Assembly: GCA_964016885.1 (NCBI GenBank)
Contig: OZ024743.1
Coordinates: 233,430,001-233,494,000 of the forward strand
Source of the DNA: Eledone cirrhosa
Taxonomy: Eukaryota
DNA length: 64,000 nt
Direction of reading: 5' to 3'
Shown: positions 22,575-36,650 of the stretch, piece by piece
How the letters are laid out: each line of letters starts with the position of its first letter
Position numbering within the stretch: position 1 is the first letter of the stretch
Notes under the pieces: generated by a model
Seen by the model: only the letters and a program-made list of their open reading frames with translations
Told to the model about the DNA's origin: nothing
Databases searched by the model: none
Program-made: the position numbers and the translations under genes

Positions 22575-25500
22575 GAGCGGCTAGTGAACTCTGGGAAAAC
22601 CGACCGAACCGCCATCTTTTCGTATACGACCTGCGGTCAAAAAAATTTTTCCTTGTCGATACTGGCGCGTCGCTGAGTATTTGGCCATCAGTTATCTCAA
22701 AAAAAGCCCAGCCGAAGCAGATATAAATCTACGAGCAGTCAACCACACGGCCATTCGAACGTATGGGCAAATTTCGCTTCCTCTTCGGTTAAAAAATTTG
22801 CGGCGTGATTTGAGGTGGAAGTTTACTGTCGCCGACTTGCCATACGCCATTTTGGGAGCGGATTTCTCCACCATTTTTCCTTGTTGGTGGACATTCGCAG
22901 ACAACACCTTGTTGATGCTGAAACAGGCCTTTCTTTCGAGGGTTCAGAGCCGGACGTCGCCACCGTCAGCCCTTCCTTTTTCTTGGCTGAAGTGGGCAAC
23001 CAGTATCAAAGCCTGCTGCATTCATTCCCTCAGTTGACGCAGGGAAAGTTACGAATAACTAGCCCGGACCATGCGATTGAACACTTCATATCCACTACAG
23101 GTCCACCTGTTTTCTCACGTCCTCGAAGATTGTCTACAGAGAAGTTGAAAGCTGCACGTCTTGAATTCGACCACATGCTGGAATTGGGAATAATTCGGCG
23201 CTCCACAAGTCCTTGGGCATCGCCTCTGCATATGGTACCTAGATCTTCTGGGGATTGGAGACCGACGGGTGACTACCGACGCTTAAACGCGATTACTGTG
23301 CCTGACCGTTATCCAATCCCGCATTTGCAGGATTTTGCGTCGTCATTGCAGGGTTGCAGAATCTTTTCTAAGCTTGATTTGATCCGCGCTTATAACCAAA
23401 TTCCGGTTAACGAGGAGGATATCCCAAAGACTGCTATTGCCACTCCTTTCGGATCGTTCGAGTTCCTCACTATGCCTTTCGGCCTTAGAAACGCTGCAAG
23501 TACCTTCCAACGATTTATGGATGATATTACTCGGGGCCTGGATTTTGTGTACACGTATATCGACGACGTGTTGATTGCTAGTTCTTCCCTTCAGCAGCGT
23601 TCAAAGCATCTGGATCTCGTATTTCGTCGTTTACAGATCTATAATGTTCGAATTAATGCTTCCAAGTGTGTTTTCGGCTCGACTTCACTAACATTTTTAG
23701 GCCATCTGATTGACGCCGATGGTATTCGACCTCTTCCTGAGAAGGTTAAGGCAGTATCGGATTTGCCTCCGCCAAGTTCACTGCGTCAATTGCGTCAATT
23801 CCTGGGCCTTGTAAATTTGTATAGGCGATTCGTACCTGGTTGTTCCAAATTGCTGTTCTCGTTGACAGAGATTTTTAAGGGTTGCCCGCGTAAGAATATG
23901 GACATTTCCTTAAATGAAACGCAGCTTGATGATTTTAAAAAAGTGAAAAAGGCGTTAGCGAACGCGTCTTTGCTCGCCCACCCAGTACCCAACGCCGAGC
24001 TATCGCTCTGTGTTGATGCTTCGGACAGCGCCGTGGGCGCAGTCTTACAGCAGAAGGGTGATGGGGTACAGCAACCACTCGAGTTCTTTTCGAGGAAGTT
24101 AAAGCCTGCAGAAACTCGCTATAGCACCTTTGGAAGGGAGCTATTAGCAATTTATTTATCAGTGAAACATTTTGCTCATGTACTTGAAGGTAGAACATTC
24201 ACCATTTTCACTGATCATAAACCCTTGACGTTTGCTCTTCGAACTAAGGCAGACAAATACTCGCCCAGAGAGATGAGACATCTGGACTTCATCTCACAGT
24301 TCACGAACGACATTCAACATATTCCGGGTTCTTTGAATACAGCGGCCGATGCGCTGTCTCGCCTGCCGATCGCATCGATTTCGTCTTCCGAGGAGATAGA
24401 TTTACATCGAATGACAGCTGCCCAACCCACTCTCGAATCGTTGGATGTTACATCGCCAGAGTTTGTACATTGCAAACTGAAATACATTCCGATCTCAACT
24501 GCTGACGGACAGATACTGTGTGATGTTTCGTTGGACTCACCACGACCTCTAGTCCCAGTGGAACATCGACGAACTGCGTTTCTCGCTTTACATGGCATTT
24601 CTCACCCAGGAGTATCAGCCTCAGTAAAACTCATAACAGCCAGATTTTTCTGGCCTGGTATGAGACGTGACATTGCTGCTTGGTGTCGTTCCTGTGTCGC
24701 TTGCCAACAAGCGAAAGTTCATAGACATGTTAAGGCTCCTCTCGGAACCTTCACCTGCCCCGATGCAAGATTTCGTCACATTCATGTGGACATCGTCGGC
24801 CCGTGGCCGGTTAGTCGTGGTTTTTCGTATCTTTTGACGATTGTTGACCGTTTTTCGCGTTGGCCTGAAGCCGTCCCTATAACAGATATCACCGCCGAAA
24901 CCACAGCCCGTACCCTCGTATCTTCGTGGATCGCTCGTTTCGGTGTACCAACCACCATAACAACAGATCGTGGTCGTCAATTCGAGTCTAACCTCTTCCG
25001 AGAGCTAACCCAAATCCTGGGGGCTACTCGAATAAGAACCACATCTTACCACCCAGCCTCAAACGGAATGGTGGAAAGATTCCACAGGCAGCTCAAAGCC
25101 TCCTTAAGGGCTTCCATGGACTCTTCACGTTGGAGCGAGTACCTACCCATTGTATTGTTGGGTATTCGGTCGACGGTAAAGGTGGACCTTGGGTTCTCCT
25201 CTGCCGAATTAGTTTATGGTACGCCTCTGGCGTTACCGGGGCAAATGCTGGCCCCTTTTGACCTGACTTCGCAGGACCCCGCTTCCTACGTGTCCCGGCT
25301 TCACTCTTATTTCAAGGATCTACCACCGATGGGCACTAGGAAGCAGACTGTAAAAACTGCCGTCCCAAGGGATATTGCCTTGTGGACCCATGTGTTCGTT
25401 AGAGACGACGCCGTGAGACCCCCTCTTCAACGGCCGTACTCTGGACCCTATCGTGTGCTTGCTCGCACAGACAAACATTTCACACTGGACATTCGGGGTT

Positions 25501-25703
25501 CCAGGGAAACGGTTTCCGTTGATCGTCTCAAACGAGCAAACCTGGACAATGACACAATGACACTTGAAACTCAAATGCCCCCCTCTTTTTCTTTGCCACA
25601 CAGGCCTATTTCTTCCCCTCCCCCACCATCAACACACAGAACTACGACCCGTTCTGGGCGAAGGGTGCATTGGCCCCGTAAGCTATGCAGTAATATAAAC
25701 TGA
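22550..25703 (+). pseudogene. pol: Pol (protease, RT, RNase H, integrase) in -1 frame, with two frameshift lesions in the protease region (~22690, ~22865)
   Basis: FLVDTGAS in the -1 frame; [52 protein letters not shown]. Confidence 0.93.
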
Positions 25704-26529
25704 ATTGTATTTTTTTTTTTGTTTGTTTTGTTTTGTTATTTTTTTCCTTCCAATTGTTTTTGTTGTACATTGCATTTTGTTACCTTTGGATTCTTGACTG
25801 CCTACGGCAGTGTCAATATATTATATTTTGCGTAACATTACGACTGTTGTCAATTCTGACACAGTCCCTTTTTTTTTAGTGCATTTTTATAACTATGCTA
25901 CATATGGCATTATCATTGCCTAGCAAAACATTTTTTTTCTTGTTTATCGCATCCGGGGCCCCTTTATTGCGAAGAGTGTTATCTTTTCATGCATTTTGCA
26001 TCTTTTACTGTACGTTTTTTTTTTTTTTGTTTTGTCTGCGTTAATGCTTGCAGACATGAACCTATTTATTATTTTTTTTTTAAATTTTGAATTTGTTGAT
26101 ACATCCTTCTACATTTTGTAAACTACCTTCGCTTCATTGTTAACGATTTTGCGACAAAAAATCTGCTCCGAGGTGAATGTAGTGGCTGAGATGGTCGCTT
26201 GGTAGCTAGCAGTTGCCTCCCCTTAACAACCCTTCAGGGAAGGGAGGCAAAAATACACCCGGACACAGCCACAGGTTCACTCACTCTTTCTGGACCACGG
26301 ACATGAACAGACGTGGAAAGATCCGCTCCTCAAAATATTGACGTTGTAGGAAATTTACTAAATTATTGCATTAAATAAAATGATTGTTAGACTTGGTTGT
26401 GCATTTATTTATTCGACAAAGAGAAACATCACTTTTCTTTAGTGTTGATGGAACAGTGGTTCGTTATTTGTTGGTGTGGTAGTTGGTGGTGGTGTGTTGT
26501 TTTTCAGTTAATTATTATTTGGTAGGTCA

Positions 26530-26730
26530 GGCGGTGCATTGGCAGAATCGGTAGAGCTTCGGACAACATGCTTTGCGGCGTATAGCTACGTACCTTAATG
26601 TTCTGTGTTCAAATCCCGCCGAGGTTAGCTTTGTTTTTCATCCTTGCGGAAGCGATAAAGTAGAAACGCCCATAATTCACTGACGCCGATTTAATCGACC
26701 CCCCTAGAATTGTTGGCCTTGTGCCAAAAG
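26530..26730 (+). mobile_element. tRNA-derived Nin-like SINE
   Basis: TGGCAGAATCGGTAGAGC, GTTCAAATCCCGCCGAGG and core similarity. Confidence 0.75.
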
Positions 26731-27078
26731 TAGATTTAGGCACAATTATTAGGCAGGTCTGGAGATACGGTTTGACTCCATGACTTGGATACAATACCGC
26801 GGCTCGCTAATTGCTGGTTCTGTTTAAGGGTGATGAGGTGCTCATCCGAGACGTTTTATGTTCAGAAAATTGACATCTGCTTTATCGTTAATTTAGTTTC
26901 GATCTATATTTCTTATCTTTATTTACTTGTGACTTATGATGTTATTGCTAGAGAACCACGCTACGGGACAAAAGCAAACATAGGTGACATTTGCTTTATG
27001 ATTGATTTAGTTTCGATCTATATTTCTTGTCTTTAGTCACTTGTTGTGATGTTCTTACTAGCCAATCATGCGATATTA

Positions 27079-27121
<43 letters not shown>

Positions 27122-27123
<2 letters not shown>

Positions 27124-27638
27124 CATACGTCAAGACGGGCGGTCTCAAAAGTGAAACTAATTTTTGACACACACGCAATTGTATGGATTTCTTAGTATAT
27201 ATATATGTGTGGGTGTGTAGATGTGTGTATATATATGTGTGTGTGTATGTATATATATATATATATATGTGTATGTATATATATATTTATGCACACATAC
27301 ACATTTATATGAATTTGTAGATGTATATATGTGTATGTGTGCATAAATATATATATACATACAGATATATATATATATATACAGACACATATATATATAC
27401 ACAAACAAACATATATATATACACACAAACACATATATACACACAAACATGTATATACGTCTAAACCCATGTTTGCGTGGAAGATAGACGTTAAACGATG
27501 ATGATGACACAAACACATATATATATACAAACACACACATATATATACACACCCACACATATATATATATTAAGAAATCCATACAATTGCGTGTGTGTCA
27601 AAAATTAGTTTCACTTTTGAGACCGCCCGTCTTGACGT

Positions 27639-27642
<4 letters not shown>
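27122..27642. repeat. Fold-back insertion: ~100-bp inverted repeats around low-complexity DNA, within (TA)n
   Basis: 27122-27219 is the reverse complement of ~27545-27642. Confidence 0.85.
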
Positions 27643-27694
<52 letters not shown>

Positions 27695-27750
27695 GTGAAA
27701 GAATGAAGAGTATAACATGGTTGGCTGTACAACAAGGGGCTCTATTTCAG

Positions 27751-27861
27751 GTATTGACAATTGTTTCATTGATCAGGTGAGTCTAGAGGTCGCTAATTGC
27801 TTGAAGTTGCGTCACTCGATCTCTATTACATTATTTACCTCTGATCAACTCATCAGAATAC
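27751..27861 (-). ncRNA. Type I hammerhead ribozyme with extended stem II
   Basis: Minus strand: GTATT-CTGATGA-GTTGATCA..TGATCAAT-GAAA-CAATTG-TC-AATAC. Confidence 0.85.
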
Positions 27862-28303
27862 GAAGATATAAAAATAATTCACTCGAGTCAAGATATATAT
27901 AGAAGAATAGCGTATAATCAAAACAATAACATCAATAATAAAATATATATGATAAATAGGTAGAAAAGTTACAGATGTAAAACGTAAAAAGTAAAAGATA
28001 AGAAAAAATACATTTAAAAAGTAAGAAAATGGAAAATATAAATAAATAAATAAGGATAAGTGAGAGCATGTAAGTACAGAGTATGCTTGTGGTGGTGGTG
28101 AGTAAGTGTTCTTATAAGGATTCTGTGGTGTGTTTAGTGCTATCATGAAAAGTCATATTCGAAATATACATCGATACGCGTAGAGAGTCTGATGTATTGA
28201 CAGATAAAAGAAAAGGGAAAAAGCAATAAATTAGAGATTAATTGGTGGATACAAGTGTGAGATTTAAGGGCTAAGGGTGGATGGTGAAGGGAGGTTTGAC
28301 AAA

Positions 28304-28370
<67 letters not shown>

Positions 28371-28377
<7 letters not shown>

Positions 28378-28971
28378 ACGTACATACATATATGTATACA
28401 GACGTACAGTAGTATGTATATATATACATGCACACATATATATATGCACGTATCGGTTTAGCGAACATTTATTATAATGCTCGGTTTGTTTGTTTGTAAA
28501 CAAACAAACAGCCCGAATTACGCCGTACATTGTTTAGGCAACCACGTCACCTTTTTGTTCAACACTGACACAGGAACGATGTACTAGTTTCAAGCTTATT
28601 AGCTATCGCCAGCATCGTATACCTTCCTGCCAGATGGTTGAACGTCAGAAAGTATATACTTTTCCTATGCATATTAAAGGTCTAATTTGCATATCGAGTG
28701 AGTTCAGTCGGCCGGGCACACCGTAACCGAGCATTATAATAAATGTTCGGTAAACCGATACGTGCATATATATGTGTGCATGTATGTATATATATATACA
28801 TACTACTGTACGTCTGTATACATATATGTATGTACGTATACATACATACATACATACTTACATTTAAGTAAGTGCCGTACTAAGAGTGAGAAATGAAATT
28901 TCTTTTCATTCTATTCCATTTATCATTTTCGGTGTGCCCGGCCGACTGAACTCACTCGATATGCAAATTAG
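28371..28971. repeat. Two adjacent inverted-repeat pairs (28371-28487/28725-28848 and 28682-28722/28930-28971)
   Basis: Direct reverse-complement matches. Confidence 0.8.
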
Positions 28972-29440
28972 GCTGCCACGTCGACGAACACGCGCCTCAT
29001 TACAACAAGGCCCTCCAGCAGAGTGGCTTCCGGGAGGAAATATCCTGTTATCCAGCTTCCCTTAGCGAATCCAACTGGCTACACCGCCGCTTACGCAACG
29101 TAACGTGGTTCAATCCTCCCCATAATGTCGAGGTGGCAACACCTATCGGGAAAATCTTCTTTAGACTCCTCGAAAAACACTTCCCACTACAACACCGCTA
29201 CGACAACATAATCAAAGAAAATACCATCAAACTCTCCTACAGCACCACACCTAACTTCGCACAAAACATCGTCTCTTCAAACAACAAAAAACTCAACCCT
29301 TATGGAAGAAATAAACTAGACATCAGTGGAGAGCCGACCAGGAGGTGTAACTGCCCTGATAGATCTACGTGCCCCCTCAACAACAAATGCCGAGAACGTA
29401 ACGTGATCTACCAGTGCAACGTGAGAACGGACACTAACAA
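28972..29440 (+). pseudogene. Naiad-type PLE fragment (linker to start of GIY-YIG)
   Basis: WFNPP, IGKIFFRLLEKHFP, TIKLSYS, CNC..CPLNNKC, NVIYQC. Confidence 0.8.
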
Positions 29441-29613
29441 CAACAATAATAATAATAATAATAAAAGTGATGTTGATGGTGATGATTACTAGGAAATGCT
29501 ATTTTCATCATTTCTAAAAATAGCAAAACAATTGATGCTTGGGATAGGATCAATTAGTAGTCGTTAGACATGCTCAACCAACTGTGACGCCTAAACCAAT
29601 CAGCTTTAATAAT

Positions 29614-29800
29614 TGTTTCTACTTTTGGCACACGGCCAGCAATTAACCCAGTGTATTACTGGTACTTTATTTTATCGACCCCGAAAGGATGAAAGGCAAA
29701 GTTAACCTCGGCGGGATTTGAACTCAGAATGGCAAGGACCGTAACTCTATGCGTCAAAGCATGGCGTCCGACCCTCTACTGGTACTGCCAATCCTCTGCC
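29614..29800 (-). mobile_element. tRNA-derived Nin-like SINE with long TSD
   Basis: Similar to the other SINE copies; CCAATCAGCTTTAATAAT duplicated at 29596-29613 and 29799-29816. Confidence 0.85.
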
Positions 29801-30154
29801 AATCAGCTTTAATAATCCAGTGAAACTACACACCGATTGGTCGAAATACAGTTTGCAAGATTTAGCATTCTGGAGCCACTTTTCACTGTATATAAGGCAC
29901 AATATTTAGCCATCTCATTACAGTTGAAAATTGCAAACTTGACTGTCACCACACATTATGAACCTGAAGATTGCGAAAGCATGAAAGTACTTGTTCAATT
30001 AACACTTAACATTTAATATTCTACCATACTATTTCATTCTAATACCATTATAAATTTTAAAGGATTGTAAATAAAACGAGTAAATCAGACAAAGTTGGAA
30101 TTCCTTTTAATATAATCTTCTATACACGATCATATACACCCGTGTATATTTATC

Positions 30155-30505
<351 letters not shown>

Positions 30506-30706
30506 TTAGTTATACTATTTATGGTTATGTAAATACAAGACCTTAAGCAGTTGTAAGTATTTTACACACACCCTAAATAGTGGTAGGCAGTATTGTATTA
30601 CTACCTTATTACCAGTAAGTTAAGTAGCTCAATGTAAAAACATCAGATGATTTACAGAGCAGTTATATGAAATATAAGAATCAAAGAACTGTTCAAAACA
30701 TTATTG

Positions 30707-30753
30707 TGCTTACAGCTGTTTCCTCCAAACCGAGGTTTGGATTTTTCGGAGCA
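30707..30753 (-). ncRNA. Degenerate type I hammerhead
   Basis: Minus strand: TGCT-CCGAAAA-(A)TCCAAACC/GGTTTGGA(G)-GAAA-CAGCTG-TA-AGCA; first core segment mutated. Confidence 0.55.
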
Positions 30754-31739
30754 ATTTATTAATGCATGGACAGTTATATGACCTCCTTTTCAGCCGAGAG
30801 ACATACCAATACATATTCAAACATTGATACAAATTCAAACATTGTGGGTCAACATTCATTACAGAATTTAGAGTGGCAGTACACACTTCGAGATTACATT
30901 TATATTAATAGGTACAATCAAAAATCAAAAATATAGGTTAAAATACAACATGAAGATAAGCGGTTATATAGTGCAAATGTTATATGTGTGGCACGCATGT
31001 GCGTCTTGTTTATATAGTGTGGCAGAGAGATATGTGTGGTAGAGGCACTTAGGTAGGTAAATAAGAGTGTTAGGTTGGTAGATCTGGTGGCAAATTCTTT
31101 ATATGATTGATATAGTCTGTGTGTGGAGAAATATTATAAGCATTAAAGATAGTGCAAGCATTAAATGTGTTATAAGTAATGGAGATGCACAGCTCAGGGA
31201 TGTCAAGTATTTCATGTACTTCGGCATTTTCATGGTCAGGGGAGTGTATTTTTCGATTATATGCCCTTCACATAATCCACGACAATCCAGTTAGAGATCG
31301 TAGTCTGGTGTTCTTTAGTTCGATACAGGAGGTTGTTACGTTTCTAGAAACGCCATTGAATACCGCCCGGAAGTGTGTGTGTGGCAAAGGGGAGTTAATG
31401 CATGCGGGGAGGTAACTCTGGGGTTTCTATATCTAGCCATTAAAATGTGTCCCAATATAGACCCTAAATTCTATGGTGATGCGCATCTTCCAAGAGAGAT
31501 TTTTAAAGCATAAAGTGTATTAACTATAGAGTAGTTTAATTAAGTTATGCTGAAGGTGATCATATTATTATGGTGGATTAACCCATCTTAAGGTGCCACA
31601 AATGGAAATTATAGATGATGAGCGAGGATTCTAAATTAATGATCTCTGTGGTTGTAGTCTGCTCATATGACCAGGCGCGGTGATTGCAGGCTTGCTTCAG
31701 GACCCAATGATCTCTGGTAAGATCTGGGTCATCGCTTGC

Positions 31740-33973
31740 TACATTTGATGTCGAAAGATAACACACAATTTCAACACTTCATGACAACGATACACACCAT
31801 ATGCAAAAAGTGTGTCCCGGAGAAAGAGGCAAACAGACACAAAAATCTTATTCCCAGAGATAGGAAAATCCTTATGAGACGTAGAACTAAACTCTCAAAC
31901 CAGTTGAATAGTCAACAAAACAAAAACAAGAAGGAATCCTATTTGAAACGTGCACTACTTGACACCGAGATTGCACTCAAACTTTCACATGAGAATGAGA
32001 GGGCAAAGAAAGAGAACAGGGCCATAGAAAACATTAAAACAAACCCTAAGGCCTTCTTTAAATTTGCAAAAGAAACTGCCTCAGTACACTGCAAGATTGG
32101 GCCACTCTTCCACACGGACGGTTCATTAACCGAAAATCCCCAAGAGATATGTGAAATACTGAACGAATAGTACAAAAGTGTCTTCTCACATGTCCACTGA
32201 GGCACATGCAAATAACGAAGCCAGATGAGTTCTTTGATGCCACAACACTACATCAAGAAATGGCAACCATCAACCACATAGACATAACGGAGGAGGATGT
32301 GGTGTACGCCATTGATGAAATTAGAACAGACTCGGCTGCTGGACCTGATGGATTTCCAGCAGTTCTCTTAAAAATATGTAAGCGGGCCTTAGCAACTCCA
32401 CCGAAGATGCTCTTCAGAAGCTCCTTGGCTAGCGGTGTACTACACAGGGAGCTGAAAGAAGGCACAATATGCCCTATCCATAAAGGAGGTAGTAGAGCGG
32501 AGGCCAAGAACTATAGGCCAGTCTACCTGACGTCGCATATCAGTAAGGTCATGGAGCGAGTCGTCAGAAAGAAACTAATCACTTTCCTCGAAGAAAATGA
32601 CCGCCTGACTAGCACGCAACATGGCTTCCGCCCAGGAAGAAGCTGCCTTACACAGCTGCTACATCACTACGACTGGGTACTGAGACAACTACTAGACAGC
32701 TCACATGTGGACGTGATATATCTTGACTTTGCGAAGGCCTTTGACAAGGTCGACCACGGAATCATATGTCACAAACTACACGGACTCGGCATAACTGGAA
32801 AAGTAGGTGAGTGGCTGCATGGCTTCCTAAGGGACAGAAGCCAGGCAGTCGCAGCAAATGGGGCCCTCTCGAGGGAAACACCGATAACAAGTGGGGTGCC
32901 CCAGGGGACAGTCCTGGGACCACTACTGTTTTTGGTGGCTCTCTCGGACATGCCCTCTGTGGTGCATGCAACAACATCCCTCACTAGCTATGCTGATGAC
33001 ACTAAGGTAGCACAGGCAATCAAAAACCCGGCTGACGCTGCCCTTTTACAGCAGGATCTGGATGCCATATACAGATGGGCGGAAGAAAACAACATGCAGT
33101 TTAATGCTGGCAAATTCCAAGCCCTACAATACAAACCAGCAAACACAAATATAGTGGAACACAGTTACACAGGACCAGGAGGGACCGATATCCCCGCGTC
33201 AAAATCGATACGAGACCTGGGCATAGACATGAGCGATGATGCATCTTTTTCTTCACATATCATGAAAGTGGCGACAACGTGCAGACGACTCGCTGGCTGG
33301 ATCTTGAGGACTTTCCGGACAAGAGATCGAGACACCATGTTGACACTGTGGAGGACTTTTGTCCTAAGCCGCCTGGACTACTGCTCCCAGTTGTGGTCAC
33401 CCCATAGTGTCAAACTAACCACGGAGTTTGAGGCAATCCAGCGAAGCTACACCAAGAGGATTGCCAAGATGAGGGAGACAAGCTACTGGGAGAGGCTAAA
33501 GGAACTAAACCTCTACTCCTTGGAGCGAAGACGGGAGAGATACGCAGTGATCTACATGTGGAAAATCCTGGAGGGACTAGCACCAAACTTTGGCATTGGG
33601 AGCTGGACCAACCGTCGAACAGGACGTCACTGTGTGGTGCCAAAGGTCCCGTCTTCCACATCTAGAATAAGGAGCAGGTATTGCAATAGCCTGGGATTCA
33701 AGGGCCCTCAACTCTTCAACAGGCTGCCGAGGCATCTGAGAGACTTGCATGACGTGGAGGTGGATGTCTTTAAGAAACATCTCGACACCTTGTTATCCAG
33801 GATCCTGGATGAGCCCACAGCAAGACACGGGGGAAACCTAAGGGCAGCAGCAAAAAACTCCCTCTTACACCAGTGGCCAACCTATACAGGCTGGAGATAA
33901 AATGTGTAGCAACAAGGGCGGTGCCCCAGCATGGCCTCAGCCGGATGGCTGAAACAGGTAAAAGAGTAAAAGA

Positions 33974-33975
<2 letters not shown>
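31740..33975 (+). mobile_element. 5'-truncated CR1-type LINE; RT ORF 32206-33900
   Basis: AAGPDG, NYRPV, LDFAKAFDKVDH, GVPQGTVLGPLLF, YADDTK, LNLYSLERRR; 3' tail (GTAAAAGA)n running into (TA)n. Confidence 0.88.
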
Positions 33976-34555
<580 letters not shown>

Positions 34556-34556
<1 letters not shown>

Positions 34557-34744
34557 TAGGAACCAGTAAGACCCCGACAGCTGAGCTCAAGCCGTTTCGA
34601 CGGCTAATTCCCAGAATTAGCCGTCGAAACGGCTTGAGCTCAGCTGTCGGGGTCTTACTGGTTCCTATTACCCACTCTACTACCTCAAGTATTGAGTACT
34701 TTGGTGCGTTATGGTCCACCTGGTTCCTTACCACATTTCCTTCG

Positions 34745-34747
<3 letters not shown>
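34556..34747 (+). mobile_element. Fold-back PLE-LTR-like fragment: perfect ~54-bp-arm palindrome (34556-34667) plus tail
   Basis: Arms are reverse complements; right arm plus tail matches 46754-46889. Confidence 0.85.
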
Positions 34748-34797
<50 letters not shown>

Positions 34798-34919
34798 GGA
34801 GGTGAGTTTTATTGTAGTACAATAAAGCAATGCAGATATCGGATAAGAAGCACTCTACAGTTTGTAGGACTGGAGTATACATAATATAAGATCAAAAGAT
34901 GGTTAAAGGAGTTCCATGT

Positions 34920-34988
34920 ATTTTATTATGCGCATTTCAAAAACAAACATCATCATGCAATAATATTTGTGTTTTCATCAGATAAAAC
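34920..34988 (-). ncRNA. Type I hammerhead (inverted pLTR copy)
   Basis: Reverse complement of 37664-37732. Confidence 0.82.
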
Positions 34989-35021
34989 AGGAGAACATGA
35001 TATGAAGGCTAAAAAACACTT

Positions 35022-36650
35022 GTGGATAGTGCAGTTTTAAATCAACATATGAAAAGTGGTTTTAGATTGATGTGTGATATTGGGAAAAATATTTTATTTA
35101 AATATTCTGACATCACCACAGATGAACTTCACATCATCCTCACCGCACGTAAAACCATCCTAGAGTTCAACAACGAATATTGGACCAGAGCCGATACCTC
35201 TAACAACTTCGACATCACAATGGGAGCATCCGATTCATCCCAATTGACTGATTTAATTGGTATCTTCATTTTGAACTCTTTGAGTCGGAAAATTCCTCAA
35301 CTTCGCGGTGGAATTTATCGTGACGATGGACTCTTTACTATCCTAAATTGCAATATAGTTAACCTGAATATTATTAAGAACAATATACGTAATCTCTTTA
35401 ACCAACATAACCTAAAAATTGAATTTGATAATAGTATCAAACTAGCTAATTTCTTGGATGTATCTCTTAATCTTGACACTGGCCTATATTACCCTTACCA
35501 TAAAAACAATGAGAACCTAAATTATGTTAACTTTAAATCTAACCATCCTACCAATATCAAGAATGCTATAGTTAGTAATATTGGAAAAAGAATATATAAC
35601 ATATCTTCTAATAAAAACATCTTTGATGCTAACGCCAATTACTATAATAACGCACTTTCTAAAGCCGGCTATCCAGATAAAATCAAATATAGTAAAGAAA
35701 CAAATTCTAGAAAAACTTACAGTAGAATAATTAATCATGATCATTCCAATAATTTTAATAAAAGACCTAGATACAAAAACATAATCTGGTATAATGCTCC
35801 TTTCTCCATCTCTATTAATAACAATATTCCTAAATTATTTTTTAGTGCCTTAAATAAATGCTTCCCTCCCTCACATATCTATAGTAAAATATTTAACAAA
35901 CACACCATCAAATTTTCTTATTCTACATCCTCCAATATTTCCAACATCATCTCTAAACACAACAATAAAATACTAAATACTAAATCTCTTCCTTCCAACA
36001 TTGAATTTCATAATAACAGTAATAGTACTCCCGACGTCATTGTAAACCCTAGGCTAACTTCTGTAAATCCAAATACAACGTCAAACACAACTTCGCTAAA
36101 TGTTCATAATCCAACTCTAAATCAAGAAACTATTATTCCTATTATTCCTATCGCAAACAACTTCTCCAATCCAATTCCTTCTATAGATAACACTAGGTCA
36201 CTCATTAATAATCTCTCTAATTGCAACTGCCGCATTAAAAATAAATGTCCTCTCAACAACCATTGTCTCGATAAAAACTTAATTTATGAATGTAAAGTTA
36301 TAACTAGCACCAATTCCTTCACCTATTTTGGCTCCACTTCCACCTCTTTTAAAGCTCGTCTCTATAATCACCATTCATCTTTCAAATACAAACTTAAAAG
36401 AACCAACACGGCTCTCTCAGAACTCATATGGTCCTTGAAAGACAAAAACATTAAATATACCATCTTTTGGAAGAAGGTTTCTTCTGCATCCTCATACTTG
36501 AACAGCTCTCTATCTAAAATCTGTAATCTCTGCCTAAATGAAAAATTTACCATTATCTCTAATCTAGATTCTATAATAAATAGACGTACAGATTTGTTTT
36601 CTATCTGCCTGCATAAATTCCATAGGACTTTTCACAAAGTATACAGTTAA
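35022..36650 (+). CDS. Truncated PLE RT + GIY-YIG endonuclease (first ~26 codons come from the inverted pLTR)
   Basis: FDITMGASD, GGIYRDDGL, NFLDV, SNHP, IWYNAPFS, CNC..CPL..C, LIYEC..YFGST..FKARLYNH, CNLCLNEK. Confidence 0.88.
   Translation: MDSAVLNQHMKSGFRLMCDIGKNILFKYSDITTDELHIILTARKTILEFNNEYWTRADTSNNFDITMGASDSSQLTDLIGIFILNSLSRKIPQLRGGIYRDDGLFTILNCNIVNLNIIKNNIRNLFNQHNLKIEFDNSIKLANFLDVSLNLDTGLYYPYHKNNENLNYVNFKSNHPTNIKNAIVSNIGKRIYNISSNKNIFDANANYYNNALSKAGYPDKIKYSKETNSRKTYSRIINHDHSNNFNKRPRYKNIIWYNAPFSISINNNIPKLFFSALNKCFPPSHIYSKIFNKHTIKFSYSTSSNISNIISKHNNKILNTKSLPSNIEFHNNSNSTPDVIVNPRLTSVNPNTTSNTTSLNVHNPTLNQETIIPIIPIANNFSNPIPSIDNTRSLINNLSNCNCRIKNKCPLNNHCLDKNLIYECKVITSTNSFTYFGSTSTSFKARLYNHHSSFKYKLKRTNTALSELIWSLKDKNIKYTIFWKKVSSASSYLNSSLSKICNLCLNEKFTIISNLDSIINRRTDLFSICLHKFHRTFHKVYS

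Larger units (their letters stand above)
20991..26441 (+). mobile_element. Full-length Ty3/Gypsy LTR retrotransposon
   Basis: 264-bp LTRs at 20991-21254 and 26178-26441 (one difference seen), 4-bp TSD GTGT, PBS TGGCGACCCTG at 21256, gag then PR-RT-RH-IN. Confidence 0.96.

Noticed and set aside
28580-28655. Hammerhead on the minus strand (CTGACGT..GAAACTAGTA)
   Set aside because: Core mutated and stems I and II do not pair convincingly; similar weak hits at ~26830, ~40530 and ~47095 were also dropped
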